The position numbers were made by a program, and so were the translations under genes. DNA of 64,000 nucleotides from Mobula hypostoma (Eukaryota), in the NCBI RefSeq assembly GCF_963921235.1, contig NC_086108.1, positions 52,764,001 through 52,828,000 on the forward strand, written 5' to 3'. This document shows, in pieces, positions 62,678 to 64,000 of the stretch; positions within the stretch are counted from its first letter, which is position 1, and each line of letters starts with the position of its first letter. The notes below the pieces were generated by a model, which saw only the letters and a program-made list of their open reading frames with translations, did not search any database and was not told the DNA's origin.

Positions 62678-64000
62678 TATTACGTTTTGAGGGGATAATC
62701 AGTTCTTATTTTTAGGCTCGGGAAGTCATTATAAGGAATGGGGCACCTACCATTTTACAAGCTCAGTGTCATAAGCAAATGATCCTAGTTAATTTACAGT
62801 AGGATTTAGATATGAAATTCCCTCTACTTTGCTTTTTGAAGCAGTGCTAAGTGTACCATCAATTATATACAGGATAAATTTCTGCTCCATTAAGCACTCC
62901 CACAGTGGGCATAGAAAGATGGTCTCTTCCCTTAGATCTGTTCTTGTGGATTATAGTGCCAAATGTAATGATGACCATATTTGAGTATGTGATCAAGATC
63001 ATTTCTCATTCTCACCATTCAATTCAAGACTCTGAACAACCTGGACTGTACCTAGCTTGAGGGGTGGAAGGTGGGGAATTGAGGAATGTGTTACAGTCCA
63101 TTTCTCACTTCATCATCTGGCCAATTGCATGTAAATTTTCACTATTCACCATGTAGAGCAACCCACAACAGGTCTGCTCGCTGAGCTTCTACTTTCAAAT
63201 GGAGTTCTGAGAGGACCAACTACTGTCATGTACAACCAACTAATTCAATGCTGGCTGAAGATCCATTTTATTAAGTAACTCACTGAAGAAGTGTGTTTAT
63301 TTGCAATCAAAAACAATTTGCTAAGAACAGATCTTATAATTATTAGGAGAATGCATTTTATCTCAGAAATATTATGTGGAGAAATATGTGTGAAAGCTCT
63401 CTGGTATTTCATCTTGTAGTTGTTTGCTAAGCAACTATGGGAAACACCCCACAGTAAAATATGTTTTTAAGATTGTGTCCTGTTGGCAGTGTAGGCAATA
63501 GTTTGTTGTCATGCTAAATACAAATTCTTGTAGTAATGGGTCAACGGCCTAACTTTCTTCATCTGCATTTGAGAGCCTATTGAATTGATGGTAAACAAGG
63601 GAACAGAAGGACAATTCATTGCAGGCCTCTTGGTAACAGATTAGAAATGGTTGGTATGAAGCAATGAAAGAATAATTTTTAATTTAATTGTATGACCATG
63701 AACATTTTGTAATCGGTCAGAGGGGTTCAGTTATGTCCTTTTTGGAAATGGCAGCGGAGAGTTTTACTAGCATTGTAATTGCAAAAACACGATCATATTT
63801 TCTGAGGATTTTTTGTTTCAGTTTTTAACATGAAAGGGTGCTTTTTTCTGAGGGGATATACTGTTCAGTGTGTATTTACAGAGAGGTATGAATATTTGAT
63901 TAAATGAGTCATGGTCTCTGGAGAAATTTAATAACTATGGCATACACAGCACACTCCTTTCACAGTTAACACAGCTGCCAATAATGTCAATGACATTCAG

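Overview
Eukaryotic (vertebrate) genomic DNA. The repeat content (HE1/V-SINE-like SINEs, abundant CR1 LINEs, Rex1-like LINEs, Penelope-like elements) suggests a cartilaginous fish, probably a ray or shark (inference). The only host gene is ATG4C (autophagy cysteine protease) on the + strand. Nine GT-AG coding exons from 11401 to 55310 splice into one open frame with the DCGWGC and DPH catalytic motifs and the C-terminal EEFVLL; the start-codon exon is not in the window. Most of the rest is transposon-derived: CR1 (one long copy with an SGNH-esterase ORF1), Rex1-like and Tx1-like LINEs, Penelope-like elements, tRNA SINEs, RTE-related elements, a solo LTR and Tigger/pogo elements, often nested. 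The most interesting non-coding signal is a young family of Penelope-derived fold-back insertions with 10-14 bp target-site duplications. They carry a minimal type I hammerhead ribozyme motif; the intact copies are at 655-692 (+) and 59814-59850 (-). Several repeat-free, motif-rich blocks are weak candidate cis-regulatory elements. Most ORFs in the supplied track are transposon remnants or spurious. Repeat boundaries were judged by eye and are approximate unless a TSD or TIR fixes them.
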